Part shown: positions 40,497 to 52,136 of the stretch, piece after piece
How the letters are laid out: every line of letters starts with the position of its first letter
Numbering within the stretch: the stretch's first letter is position 1
Origin: Gemmatimonadota bacterium
Lineage (GTDB): Bacteria; Gemmatimonadota; Gemmatimonadetes; Gemmatimonadales; GWC2-71-9
Length of the DNA: 64,000 nucleotides
Assembly: GCA_039588295.1 (NCBI GenBank)
Contig: JBDHAB010000004.1
Location: 64,001 to 128,000, forward strand
Direction of reading: 5' to 3'
Notes under the pieces: generated by a model
Databases searched by the model: none
What the model saw: the letters and a program-made list of their open reading frames with translations, nothing else
What the model was told of the DNA's origin: nothing
Made by a program: the position numbers and the translations under genes

Positions 40497-40787
40497 CTAC
40501 AGGACCTCCATCGTATCGAGGATGTATGCCTTGAGTCCCTCTTCCGGACCCGCCTGATCGCGCAGAGCTCGCAAATCGACGCAGAGCGTCTCGCAGTCGC
40601 CGTCGTTGATGGCGACGAAGTACAGCGTGCTCGACCCCGGAAACGCTCGGGTACCCAGTTTCCGGCCGGATTCCCCTTTGCCGAACACGTTGGGGAACTC
40701 GCTATAGCCAGGGACCCCGTGTTCGTCCAGCACGCGTTCGACGTCGCTCCGGTGATTCGAATCGACGAAGATCAGGAGCAGTTTCAT
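40497..40787 (-). CDS. P-II-like transporter-associated protein
   Basis: GYSEFPNVFGKGESG..GTRAFPG, ATGA-coupled to the RND gene. Confidence 0.8.
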   Translation of the reverse strand: MKLLLIFVDSNHRSDVERVLDEHGVPGYSEFPNVFGKGESGRKLGTRAFPGSSTLYFVAINDGDCETLCVDLRALRDQAGPEEGLKAYILDTMEVL

Positions 40788-43700
40788 TTGTGCATCTCAT
40801 AGTAGAGGAGTGGAATCGCGACGAGCGTGAGGGCAGTGGCCACCACTGCACCACTGATGAGGGCGATCCCCAGTCCCTCGAAGATCGGATCGCGCACCAT
40901 GACAAATCCGCCGATCACAACTGCGAGCGCCGTCAGCACAATGGGTCGGGCGCGAATGAGCCCCGATGCGATCACGGCTTCGCGCAGCGAGCGGCCGCGT
41001 TCGAGCCCCAACTCGACGAAATCGACCAGTAAGATCGAGTTTCGCACGATGATGCCCGCTAGCGCGATCATGCCGATCATCGAGGTCGCCGTGAAGAACG
41101 CTCCGGTCAACGAGTGCGCCGGCAGGATGCCGATCAGCGTGAGCGGGATCGGTGCCATGATCACCAGCGGCACGGTGAACGACTGGAACCACGCTACGAC
41201 CAGGACGTAGATCAGGAGCAGCACCGCGGCGAAGGCGATGCCGAGATCGCGAAACACTTCGATCGTGATCTGCCACTCACCGTCCCAGACGAGAAACGGC
41301 TCTTCCGTGAGGGTTGGGGAGCGTACCCAGTGGCGTGTGAGCCCGTCGGTCGCGTCGTCCAGCGGTCCGCCCATCTCCAGCATGGCGTACGCGGGACTCT
41401 CGAGCCGTCCTGCTACGTCGGCTGTCACGTACACGACGGGCCGCAGGTTCTTGTGGAAGATCGGGGTCTCAACGGCGACGCTGTCGAGTGACGCCAAGGT
41501 GCCAAGTTGCCGGGCGCCACGTGGTGTGGCGATCGGCAGGGTGGCAAGATCGGCTACGGAGGCGACGATCGAATCCGCGAGGTGCACGCGAATCGGCACC
41601 GGTTCACCGGCGGCGTCGTCATGCAGCAGCCCTGCGTCGGCACCGCCCATCGAGGCCGCGACCGTTTGTGCGATCGCACGCGGGCTGGTACCGATGCGCA
41701 GCGCCTCGGCCTGCGAGATAGCGCCTCGCACCTCGGCGTGCGCGGCCGAGACGGACCAGTCCACGTCGACGACCCCGTCCGTCTGTTGGAAGACGTCGCG
41801 CACCCGCTCTGCGAGAGAGAGCTGCTCGGCATAGGTCGGCCCGTAAATCTCGGCGGTGAGCGTGGCCATGACCGGGGGTCCGGGCGGGATTTCGGCCAGC
41901 TTGACTGACGCATCGTAGGCGCGAGCGACCGAGTCGATGGCCGGCCGCATCCGTGAGGCGATGTCGTGACTCTGTTCCGACCGGTCGTGTTTCGGCTTCA
42001 GGTTGACTTGCACGTCCGCTACCGTGGGACCGCGGCGGAGGAAGTAGTGGCGAACGAGCCCGTTGAAATTGAAGGGGGCGGGTGTGCCGGCGTACGTCTG
42101 GATGTTGCTCACCGCGTCATCTCCGGCGGCAACGAGCGCGAGCGCCTGGGAGACTTCGGCCGTTCGTTCCAGCGATGTGCCCTCGGGCATGTCAACGATG
42201 AGTTGGAACTCACTCTTGTTGTCGAACGGCAGCATCTTGATCGTCACCAGCCTGAGTGGCACCAAGGCGGCCGACAGCACCAACATGCCCACCATCACGG
42301 CGTAGGTGGTGCGTCGTCGCCGAGTGCTGCCGAGGAGGCGCTCCATGTTCCGCCGGTACCACCGCGCGATCCGTCCGGTCGGAACGACTTCGTCCGTCGA
42401 CTCGACCGGGGCTCCGGATGGTGGTGAGCCGTTGTGCTGTTTCACGAGGCGCACCGCGAGATAGGGCGTGACGATAAAGGCCACGGCGAGCGAGAAGAGC
42501 ATCGCCATGGACGCACCCACGGGAATCGGGCGCATGTACGGTCCCATGAGCCCCGACACGAACGCCATGGGCAGAATCGCCGCTATGACGGTGAGGGTGG
42601 CGAGGATCGTCGGGTTCCCGACTTCGTCCACCGCGACGACCGCGGCTTCGTCCGGATGTCGGTGCTTTAGACTGAGATGTCGCGCGATGTTCTCTACCAC
42701 CACGATGGCATCGTCCACGAGGATACCAATGGCGAAGACGAGCGCGAACAAGGTGATCCGGTTCAGCGTGTATCCGTAGAGCCGATACACGAAGAGCGTG
42801 AGCGCGAGCGTGACAGGAACCGCCACCAGCACCACGACGGCCTCCCGCCACCCGAGCGTGACCCACACGAGGAGCACGACTCCGACGGTGGCTGCCAGTA
42901 TGTGGAGGAGGAGCTCCTGGGACTTCTCGGTCGCCGTCTCGCCATAGTCCCGCGTCACCGTGACCCGCACATCGTCGGAAATCACGCGTCCCCGAAGATC
43001 CTCAACGCGCTCGAGAGCGTGGTGGGCAATCGTAGCGGCGTTCGTTCCTTCGCGTTTCGCCAGCGCGATGGTTACGGCCGGCTCGAACTGCTCGCCCGCT
43101 CCGCCACCGGGGAGGAAGGCCACATAGTGCTCTGGCTCGGCCGGTCCGTCGCGCACGGTTGCCACATCTCTCAGCCGAATTGCGCGATCGTCGACCACGG
43201 CGACGACGACCTCGCTGACCTGATCGGCACTCCGCAGCAGGTGGCCGATGCGGACCGGAATGCTGCGATTCCCTGACACGAGGGCGCCGGTGGGGAGTTC
43301 CGCGTTTGCCTCCCCCAGCGCGTGCAGCACGACGGCACCCGAGAGTCCGCGCGCCGCGAGCGCCTGGGGATCGAGCATCACCGATACCTCGCGTGGCGCA
43401 CCCCCGATCACCCAGGTTTCGGCGACGTCCGGAATCCGCTTCAACTCTGCCGCCAACTCGACGGCTTGTTGGCGGAGCAGGTATCCGTCCCCGGCGTCTC
43501 CACCTCCGGAGAGCGTGAGCGTGAGAATCGGCACCTCATTGATGCCATGGAGCGTGACATAGGGCGGCGTAGCCCCTGGCGGCACCTTGTCCATGTTGGC
43601 CAGCAGTTTTCCGTGGAGCCGCGTGAGCGCGATCTCGGGCTCCGTTCCGACCGCGAAGCGCGCGGTGACCAACGCGCCGTCGGATTGCGCCATGCTGTAG

Positions 43701-43954
43701 ACGTAATCGACGTCAGGCACCTCCCAGATCGCGCGCTCCAGTGGCTCGACCAGACGCCGCTCGACCTCCCGAGGGCTCGCGCCGGGCAGTCCAACCGCGA
43801 CGTCGATCATCGGAACGCGAATCTGTGGCTCCTCCTCCCGCGGCGTCGTGAGCACAGCGCCGACGCCGAGGACGAGCGATGCCGCTATGAGCAGCGGCGT
43901 CAGCTTTGAATTGAGGAATCGCTGCGCGATCGCGCCGGAGGGGCCGGTCTTCAT
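40784..43954 (-). CDS. RND efflux permease
   Basis: PREEEPQI, GILVDDAIVVVEN, GIIVRNSILLVDF and RARPIVLT. Confidence 0.95.
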   Translation of the reverse strand: MKTGPSGAIAQRFLNSKLTPLLIAASLVLGVGAVLTTPREEEPQIRVPMIDVAVGLPGASPREVERRLVEPLERAIWEVPDVDYVYSMAQSDGALVTARFAVGTEPEIALTRLHGKLLANMDKVPPGATPPYVTLHGINEVPILTLTLSGGGDAGDGYLLRQQAVELAAELKRIPDVAETWVIGGAPREVSVMLDPQALAARGLSGAVVLHALGEANAELPTGALVSGNRSIPVRIGHLLRSADQVSEVVVAVVDDRAIRLRDVATVRDGPAEPEHYVAFLPGGGAGEQFEPAVTIALAKREGTNAATIAHHALERVEDLRGRVISDDVRVTVTRDYGETATEKSQELLLHILAATVGVVLLVWVTLGWREAVVVLVAVPVTLALTLFVYRLYGYTLNRITLFALVFAIGILVDDAIVVVENIARHLSLKHRHPDEAAVVAVDEVGNPTILATLTVIAAILPMAFVSGLMGPYMRPIPVGASMAMLFSLAVAFIVTPYLAVRLVKQHNGSPPSGAPVESTDEVVPTGRIARWYRRNMERLLGSTRRRRTTYAVMVGMLVLSAALVPLRLVTIKMLPFDNKSEFQLIVDMPEGTSLERTAEVSQALALVAAGDDAVSNIQTYAGTPAPFNFNGLVRHYFLRRGPTVADVQVNLKPKHDRSEQSHDIASRMRPAIDSVARAYDASVKLAEIPPGPPVMATLTAEIYGPTYAEQLSLAERVRDVFQQTDGVVDVDWSVSAAHAEVRGAISQAEALRIGTSPRAIAQTVAASMGGADAGLLHDDAAGEPVPIRVHLADSIVASVADLATLPIATPRGARQLGTLASLDSVAVETPIFHKNLRPVVYVTADVAGRLESPAYAMLEMGGPLDDATDGLTRHWVRSPTLTEEPFLVWDGEWQITIEVFRDLGIAFAAVLLLIYVLVVAWFQSFTVPLVIMAPIPLTLIGILPAHSLTGAFFTATSMIGMIALAGIIVRNSILLVDFVELGLERGRSLREAVIASGLIRARPIVLTALAVVIGGFVMVRDPIFEGLGIALISGAVVATALTLVAIPLLYYEMHK

Positions 43955-44952
43955 AGGACGACCCGATCGCCGGGCTCCAGACCGCTCAGTACCTGAATCC
44001 GATCGCCTGCGCCCACCGCTCGTCCAAGTCGGATCCACCGAACCGCGACCCCGTCCGCGGTCAGGACGCGAACGCCGGTCAGCTGACCGCGCCGCACCAC
44101 GGCGTCTGCCGGGATCGCAATGCCATCGGCGCTGCCCGAGGGAATCAACGCCGTGACGGAGATTCCGGTTGGCCAGTCCGCTGGGAGGCTAGCGCGCACC
44201 TCGACCGTGCGGGTCATCGGATCGGCGCCGGGGGCAACTGCGCGAATGGCCGCCGTCGTCGACCGTCCATCGGAAGCGGAGATGCGGACGGGAGCGCCGG
44301 GTTCCAGCGTGAGCGCGAGGTCGGCGGGGACGGCGAGGACGGCATCGCGCGGTCCCGAGTCTTCGATCACGAGAAGCGGGATCCCGGGTGCCGCGACGTC
44401 ACCCGCGTCTGCGTATCGCGCCACCACGGCACCGTGAAACGGCGCACGAATGGTGGCGTAGCTCGCGGCTGTTTCCACCTCGGTGCGTGTGGCCTCTGCC
44501 AGCGCCACTTGGCTTTCCGCTTGCGTGAGGGCGAGGTGCGCGCCGTCTTTCTGAACGGCCGCCACGACGTCCTGTGCGTAGAGCGTGTCCATCCGCGCGG
44601 CTTGACGAGCCGCCTCGTCTCGCGCCGCGATCGCCGCGGTCACGGCTGCCTCGGCCTTGGCGCGAGACGCGGCGATATCGCCGGTCCCGAGCCGAATCAA
44701 CGTCTGACCGGGTGCGATCCGCGTCCCCACATCCACACGCAGCTCGGAGATGCGTGCCATAATGCGTGTGGTTATCTCAGCGCGGTGGCGAGCGGCAACG
44801 GTACCCTCGACCGGCGTCGTCACGGCCAAGGGCTCAGCGTGAATCGTGACGGTCGTGGGTGTGACGTCCGTCGGCGCGTGCGGGGTCGACGGCGCCGGCC
44901 CGCAAGCGGCCACGGCCACCGCGAGGGCACCCCATGCCAAGCGTCTTATCAT
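43951..44952 (-). CDS. RND periplasmic adaptor (MFP), lipoprotein
   Basis: Lipobox VAAC, IRAPFHG, DPMTRT and SGLEPGDRVV. Confidence 0.92.
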   Translation of the reverse strand: MIRRLAWGALAVAVAACGPAPSTPHAPTDVTPTTVTIHAEPLAVTTPVEGTVAARHRAEITTRIMARISELRVDVGTRIAPGQTLIRLGTGDIAASRAKAEAAVTAAIAARDEAARQAARMDTLYAQDVVAAVQKDGAHLALTQAESQVALAEATRTEVETAASYATIRAPFHGAVVARYADAGDVAAPGIPLLVIEDSGPRDAVLAVPADLALTLEPGAPVRISASDGRSTTAAIRAVAPGADPMTRTVEVRASLPADWPTGISVTALIPSGSADGIAIPADAVVRRGQLTGVRVLTADGVAVRWIRLGRAVGAGDRIQVLSGLEPGDRVVL

Positions 44953-46271
44953 TGATCGTACACTCCGTAGGCGAGTTCGAGGGCCGCGGTGGCGACCAGG
45001 AGGTCGTGACGTGCGGCCAAGAGGTTGAGCGTCGCGGCGGTTACCGCGGCTTGCACATCCAGCAGCTCGGTAATCGATGACGCACCGGTGCGGTACCGAA
45101 GTCGGGCCTGGGCGAGTGTTTCTGCTGCCTCGTTGGCGGCGCGTGCCGCGACGTCCGCCCGTTCACCGGCGGCGGTGAGCATTCGCTCGGCCTGGAGGAC
45201 TTCGACGGTCGCTTGTCGTTGCGCTGCCTCGAGTCGCGCTGCGGCCGCCTGGTGGTTGGCCTGCGCAGCTCGCACGGACCCGGGTCCCGAGAGTCCCTGG
45301 AGTGGCCGCCACGTGAGGCCGACGCCGATCGTCCAATCCCCGCTGCCCGCGGCGAACGGCGCGCTGTTGCTGTAGTGTGCGAACGACGCAAAGGCCGCGA
45401 TCGATGGCAGCTGTGACGCCCACGCTTTGCGCACGCTGGCTCGAGCGGCATCCGTGCCGTGCGCTAACGCCGTCAAGTCACCGCGATCGCCGACGGAGCA
45501 GTCCAGTGCGCCCGCCGCGCAGGCCCCGGTCCCCGCCTCGTGCGCCAACGAGTCGGTCAGCGAGAGCGGCAGGGAATCGGGCAATGCGAGCAGCGCTCGC
45601 AACGCCGAGAACGCGTTCCGAGCCTGCGCATCGGCGCCGAGGCGTCGCACCTCCAGTTCGGAGGCCTTGAGCCGTGCCAACCGCGCGTCGAGTCCGGTCA
45701 CCAGGCCTTGTGCCCGCATGGCCTCCGCCTGGCGGACGTGTGCGCGCACGGCGGTGAGTGCCGTGTCCAACGCCTCCACCTGGTGGACGGCGAGCTGTGC
45801 GTCCCAATATGCTTGGGTCACGGAGAACCGGGTTGCGCCTGCCGCGCGCCGGGCGGCTGCCTGTTGCGCAGCAGCCGCACGCCGGGCCGCCGCAAAGCCG
45901 AACAGTCCTTCGGGGGCGAACAGCGGCTGTTGGATGGTCGCCCCGGCGCTGTACCCCGAGTACGCGTCGGGTCGGTTCAGGGCGTTGAGATCGAGGTCGG
46001 GCGCCTGGAAGTTCTCCTGCCGCAGCTTGAGTCCGAAGACGGCAACGGGATCCGTGGTTCTGAGACCGTGAAGGTCGAGCGTCACGGTTGGCAGGAAGGC
46101 CTGGGTGGCCTGCAGTGGAAGCTGTGCAGCCGCATGCGCGGCGGCGCGTTCTGCCCTGAGGCTCGGATTGGCCTCGCGGGCACGCTGGAGCGCAGCGTCC
46201 ACCGATAAGTGCACGGTATCGGCAGCGGTCAGCTGAGCACCTAGCATTAATATGTTAATAGTCATAGACAT
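44949..46271 (-). CDS. TolC family outer membrane protein
   Basis: A..ANPSL, QAFLP and RYRTGASSITELLD. Confidence 0.9.
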   Translation of the reverse strand: MSMTINILMLGAQLTAADTVHLSVDAALQRAREANPSLRAERAAAHAAAQLPLQATQAFLPTVTLDLHGLRTTDPVAVFGLKLRQENFQAPDLDLNALNRPDAYSGYSAGATIQQPLFAPEGLFGFAAARRAAAAQQAAARRAAGATRFSVTQAYWDAQLAVHQVEALDTALTAVRAHVRQAEAMRAQGLVTGLDARLARLKASELEVRRLGADAQARNAFSALRALLALPDSLPLSLTDSLAHEAGTGACAAGALDCSVGDRGDLTALAHGTDAARASVRKAWASQLPSIAAFASFAHYSNSAPFAAGSGDWTIGVGLTWRPLQGLSGPGSVRAAQANHQAAAARLEAAQRQATVEVLQAERMLTAAGERADVAARAANEAAETLAQARLRYRTGASSITELLDVQAAVTAATLNLLAARHDLLVATAALELAYGVYDQ

Positions 46272-46315
46272 ATGTTATAGCTCAACAAAAAAGGGGCTTC
46301 CAATAACTCTTCCAG

Positions 46316-46624
46316 TCACATGTCGCACCGGCGAATACAGTCCAGAATGTGCTGCACCTTGGGTTCGATGATGCGATAGAACACATGATTCCCATCCCGC
46401 CGCGCGGCAACGATGTCACAGCCGCGCATCTTCGCGAGATGCTGGGAGACAATTGCCTGGGGCAGGCCCAGGGCCTCCTGGATCTCCGTCACTGCCACCT
46501 CGCCGGGCTCGAGCACCTCGACGATCTTCAGCCGGTCGGGGTGGCCGAGCATCTTAATGATGTCGGCAGCCCGGGCAAGCTGCCGGGGCTCGATGGTCCG
46601 AACCAAGTTCGCGGGTGTCATCAT
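46316..46624 (-). CDS. ArsR/SmtB regulator with Cys residues
   Basis: LGHPDRLKI, VSQHLAKMRGC, RRDG..VFY and C-terminal DCIRRC. Confidence 0.92.
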   Translation of the reverse strand: MMTPANLVRTIEPRQLARAADIIKMLGHPDRLKIVEVLEPGEVAVTEIQEALGLPQAIVSQHLAKMRGCDIVAARRDGNHVFYRIIEPKVQHILDCIRRCDM

Positions 46625-46631
46625 ATAGGCA

Positions 46632-46660
46632 ATTCTACTATAGTCATAATACTATGTCAA
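46632..46660 (-). promoter_or_regulatory. sigma70 promoter of the ArsR-efflux operon (near-leaderless)
   Basis: TTGACA-17 bp-TAGAAT on the minus strand. The ATG follows the -10 box after 7 nt. Confidence 0.8.
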
Positions 46661-46728
46661 GGCCGAGCAGTTGTCCAGTTTGGCACTGCTCCCGAAAGGA
46701 TTGAAATCCCGGCCCAGTCGCGCCAGGA

Positions 46729-48749
<2,021 letters not shown>

Positions 48750-48814
48750 TCGGGTGGGGTTTCTCTAAGCCTTTCTCTGCCAACTGGTTAGGGTCGAGCG
48801 CAGAGGTCCCGCGA

Positions 48815-48840
48815 TGTCCGGCGGCGAGGGCCGCCGGACA
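48815..48840. terminator. Hairpin between dciA and gyrB
   Basis: Perfect 11-bp inverted repeat TGTCCGGCGGC/GCCGCCGGACA. Confidence 0.55.
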
Positions 48841-48894
48841 GCCCTCGGAGGCGGACGCGCCTGGCACGCCGACCCTGGCGGTCGGGCGCCCCGG

Positions 48895-49197
48895 TTACTC
48901 TGCGCGCCACACGATTCTGCGGATCTTTTTCCCCCGTTGACCGAGCTTGCGAAGGATCTCCGGCGACATGAGCTGCAGCTCCTGCATCCACGCGGCCGAC
49001 GCGACGCTCACGATCAGCGTACCGTCCCGAGTGACGAAGTGCGGTGTGGTCACCGTGGCGATTTGCGGCCCGACCAGCTGATCCCATTCGGGAATGACGC
49101 TTGCCTGATCGAGTCGGCGCTTGATGCCTCGGCGTTTGATGTAGGCCTCGAGTGCCTCGTCCATCGGCGTCACCGGGGTCTTCTTTCTAGCGCTCAA
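48895..49197 (-). CDS. dciA: DUF721 / DciA family protein
   Basis: W..LVGPQIA, GTLIVSVASAAWMQEL; located between recF and gyrB. Confidence 0.85.
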   Translation of the reverse strand: MSARKKTPVTPMDEALEAYIKRRGIKRRLDQASVIPEWDQLVGPQIATVTTPHFVTRDGTLIVSVASAAWMQELQLMSPEILRKLGQRGKKIRRIVWRAE

Positions 49198-50257
49198 TCG
49201 TGCCTCCTCGCATGGACCACCGCGGTCGGTCGAGCAGTGACGCAGGAACCTCGGACTCCCGGGGTGCAGCGATCACGGCTTGGCCCGGCAGTGTCTCGCG
49301 AATCAGCGCCAGCAAGTTTGCCTGGCGTTGCTCGTCGAATTCAGCGAAGACATCGTCGTAGAGCGCAATGGGGGCCACGCCTCGCGTCTCGCGAATCGTC
49401 TCCGCTTCCACCAAGCGCAACGCCACCGCCGCCGTTCGCTGTTGTCCTGCCGATCCAAACGTCCGCAACTCCTTCCCGTTCAGCACCAACGTCAGGTCAT
49501 CCCGATGCGGCCCCACGGTTGTGACACCGCGCCGGGCATCGCGTTCGGCGGCGCGATCCAGCGCATCCAGAACCACCGTGGGTGAATCGATCTCGCGATG
49601 ATGGTCCGCCGCGTAGTCGATCGCGGGGGATTCCGTCTCGCCGAGTGCGAGGCAGAAGTCGCGGTAGCGGGCAGCCCAACGCGCGGTCCACCGCCGACGC
49701 GCAGCGGCGACGGCGGCGGACGAGGTGGCAAACGGGGCGTCGAACGCCCGGGCAGCGTCGCCATCGGCTCGGCGAAGCGCCGCGTTCCGCTGCTTGAGCG
49801 CCTGCCGCATCGTCGAGAGGGACGCCAAATACCCAGGTTCGCTCAGCGCGAGGAGGATGTCCAGATACCGCCGCCGTCCCGCTGGTCCACCGGCAACCAC
49901 CGTGCGGTCGGCGGGAGAGAGCGCGACCGCGACGACGCTCCCGACACCGTCGGCCAGTTTCTTGAGCTCTCCCCGGTCAATCGTCACCTTCTTGCGCCGA
50001 CCGGCGACCTCGTAGCCGACGGTGACGCGATGGCCGGCGGTGCCGGCGATGAAGAATCCATCCTCCTCGAACCGTACGAGTTCGCGGTCCTTGGCGCCAC
50101 GCAGTGAGCGGAACAGGACGAGGTAGTAGATCGCCTCGAGCAGGTTGGTCTTGCCGTGGCCGTTGGGACCGATGACTACGACGCCTTCCGGTGGAAGTTC
50201 GAGGTCGAGTGCGGCGAAGTTGCGGAAGTTCCGTGCGACGAGCTGTGTCAGCTGCAC
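49187..50257 (-). CDS. recF: DNA replication/repair protein RecF
   Basis: NFRN, GPNGHGKTNLLEA, GPHRDDL, GSAGQQR and DDVFAEFD. Confidence 0.96.
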   Translation of the reverse strand: MQLTQLVARNFRNFAALDLELPPEGVVVIGPNGHGKTNLLEAIYYLVLFRSLRGAKDRELVRFEEDGFFIAGTAGHRVTVGYEVAGRRKKVTIDRGELKKLADGVGSVVAVALSPADRTVVAGGPAGRRRYLDILLALSEPGYLASLSTMRQALKQRNAALRRADGDAARAFDAPFATSSAAVAAARRRWTARWAARYRDFCLALGETESPAIDYAADHHREIDSPTVVLDALDRAAERDARRGVTTVGPHRDDLTLVLNGKELRTFGSAGQQRTAAVALRLVEAETIRETRGVAPIALYDDVFAEFDEQRQANLLALIRETLPGQAVIAAPRESEVPASLLDRPRWSMRGGTIER

Positions 50258-50270
50258 GGCGGTTCAGCTA

Positions 50271-50717
50271 CTACTGCAGCACGAACGAGCGGTCTGCGCT
50301 CGCCCGGTTGTCGAGCGAATCAGTCGCCACGATCCGGAGCGTGATCTGCCCCGTCACGCCGACCGGCGTCGGGATCGGGTAGTCGACCACGAGGACGGTA
50401 TCGTTCGGGAAGATATTGGGAAAGCCGAGGGCGAACGCGCCCAACACCCCGGCGGCGACTGCGCTCAGGGTGGTTCGGTCGCTGACCCGAACGCGCACGA
50501 CGATCTGACTCCCGGGGGCGTAGACGCTGTCTGCGACCGCCGGTTCGAGGAACTCGATTCGGGGTGGGAACGTGTCGGGGTCGAAGGGCGACGGATTGAA
50601 GATTGGCCGCGTGGGCTCGCCACACGCGAGTGCCGCCCAGGCGATCCCGACGTGGCACGCGAGGGTGAGGCAGACCGCCCAGGGTCGGCGGGCTCGATGG
50701 GACAGGCGTCGGGTCAT
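50271..50717 (-). CDS. Hypothetical lipoprotein (Ig-like)
   Basis: Lipobox ALAC and a beta-rich body. Confidence 0.65.
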   Translation of the reverse strand: MTRRLSHRARRPWAVCLTLACHVGIAWAALACGEPTRPIFNPSPFDPDTFPPRIEFLEPAVADSVYAPGSQIVVRVRVSDRTTLSAVAAGVLGAFALGFPNIFPNDTVLVVDYPIPTPVGVTGQITLRIVATDSLDNRASADRSFVLQ

Positions 50718-50718
50718 G

Positions 50719-51234
50719 TCAGTGCGACAGTTCCAGGTTCAGGAGCTTCCGCTTCAGATCCAGGCCCCCACCGTAGCCGCCGAGCTTGCCGCCAGCTCCG
50801 ACCACACGATGGCACGGAATGACGATTGGCACGGGGTTGCGCCCGTTTGCAGTTCCCACGGCGCGCGCCGCGTTGGGTCGACCGATGCTCCAGGCAATTT
50901 GACCGTAGGTGGCCGTCGCGCCGTACGGGATCCGACGCACGGCGTCCCACACGAGACGGTCAAACGGCGTTCCCACGGGCTCCACGCGAAAGCCGAACTC
51001 ATCGCGTTGGCCGGCACAGAACTCCTGGAGTTCCGACGCAACGCGACGCTCGAACGGCGTCTCAGGTGCTCTGGCACCGCGAGCGTTCAGCTCGATGCGC
51101 GTCACGGCATCCGCGGCGGCGGTCACGGCGACAGTGGTCAGTGCCATTTCGACGGTAAACGGTTGCGCTGGGTGCATCCCGACTCGTACGAGAGGATCGT
51201 CGCCGGCGTTCGGCACGCCGGCCAGTTCGTTCAA
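50719..51234 (-). CDS. ogt: Methylated-DNA-protein-cysteine methyltransferase (start uncertain)
   Basis: GTPF..VW, IPYG, ARAVG and IPCHRV. Confidence 0.9.
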   Translation of the reverse strand: MNELAGVPNAGDDPLVRVGMHPAQPFTVEMALTTVAVTAAADAVTRIELNARGARAPETPFERRVASELQEFCAGQRDEFGFRVEPVGTPFDRLVWDAVRRIPYGATATYGQIAWSIGRPNAARAVGTANGRNPVPIVIPCHRVVGAGGKLGGYGGGLDLKRKLLNLELSH

Positions 51235-51410
51235 TAATATCTCGGTCGCCGCGCCGCGTGTGAGTCACGCCACGGATCCGCAGGCGGCTCCTTGCCGAGG
51301 CTCGATGAACCGCGCTTCACGATTCCTTCACGAAATCTACGACACCGCGCACCCACTGATGCTCGGACGTTCCCGAGTGGTCACCTCCTCGAACCTCCGA
51401 GGCCACCTTC

Positions 51411-52136
51411 ATGCCTCAACAGCTCCCCCGACTGGCCGTGGTGTTCGTGCTCGCCATCGTGGGACTGGTCGTAGCGCGCCAACTACTCATTCCAGAGACC
51501 TTTGGCGACCGCGGTCACTATCGGGCGGCAGCGGTCGACTCGATCGCCGCCCACGAGAAGAAGTACGCCGGCCACCAGGAATGCGCGCTCTGCCATACCA
51601 ACGTCGCCGAAGTGCGGGCTGAGGGGAACCATCGAATGGTGTCGTGTGAGGTCTGCCATGGGCCCGCGGCCACCCACGTAGCGGCGCCGCTCGACGTGAA
51701 ACCGCCGATTCCGCGCAGCCGCGATCTTTGCGTGTTGTGCCACGCGTATAACCCGTCGCGCCCAACGGGCTTTGCCCAGATCGATTCCGTCGCGCACAAT
51801 CCTCGCATCCCCTGCTCCCAGTGCCACGAACCCCACGCGCCCGAGCCGCCGGCGGTGCCACAGGAATGCGCTGCCTGCCACGGTCAGATTGCCAGCCAGA
51901 AAGCGGTCTCCCATCACTGGGCGCTCGATTGCACCACGTGTCACCAAGCGCCGGAAGAGCACAAGCTGAACCCTCGGGGGGTTCGACCCACGAAGCCGGT
52001 GAATCGGGCGTTCTGCGGCGGCTGTCATGCAATGGGTCCCGGCGCGGGCGACATCCCGCAAATCGACCTGCGGACCCACGGTGAGCCCTACCTGTGTTGG
52101 CAGTGTCACTATCCTCATCTTCCCGAGGCGCGGTGA
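51411..52136 (+). CDS. Octaheme cytochrome c, N-terminally anchored
   Basis: 8 CxxCH: CALCH, CEVCH, CVLCH, CSQCH, CAACH, CTTCH, CGGCH, CWQCH. Confidence 0.92.
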   Translation: MPQQLPRLAVVFVLAIVGLVVARQLLIPETFGDRGHYRAAAVDSIAAHEKKYAGHQECALCHTNVAEVRAEGNHRMVSCEVCHGPAATHVAAPLDVKPPIPRSRDLCVLCHAYNPSRPTGFAQIDSVAHNPRIPCSQCHEPHAPEPPAVPQECAACHGQIASQKAVSHHWALDCTTCHQAPEEHKLNPRGVRPTKPVNRAFCGGCHAMGPGAGDIPQIDLRTHGEPYLCWQCHYPHLPEAR

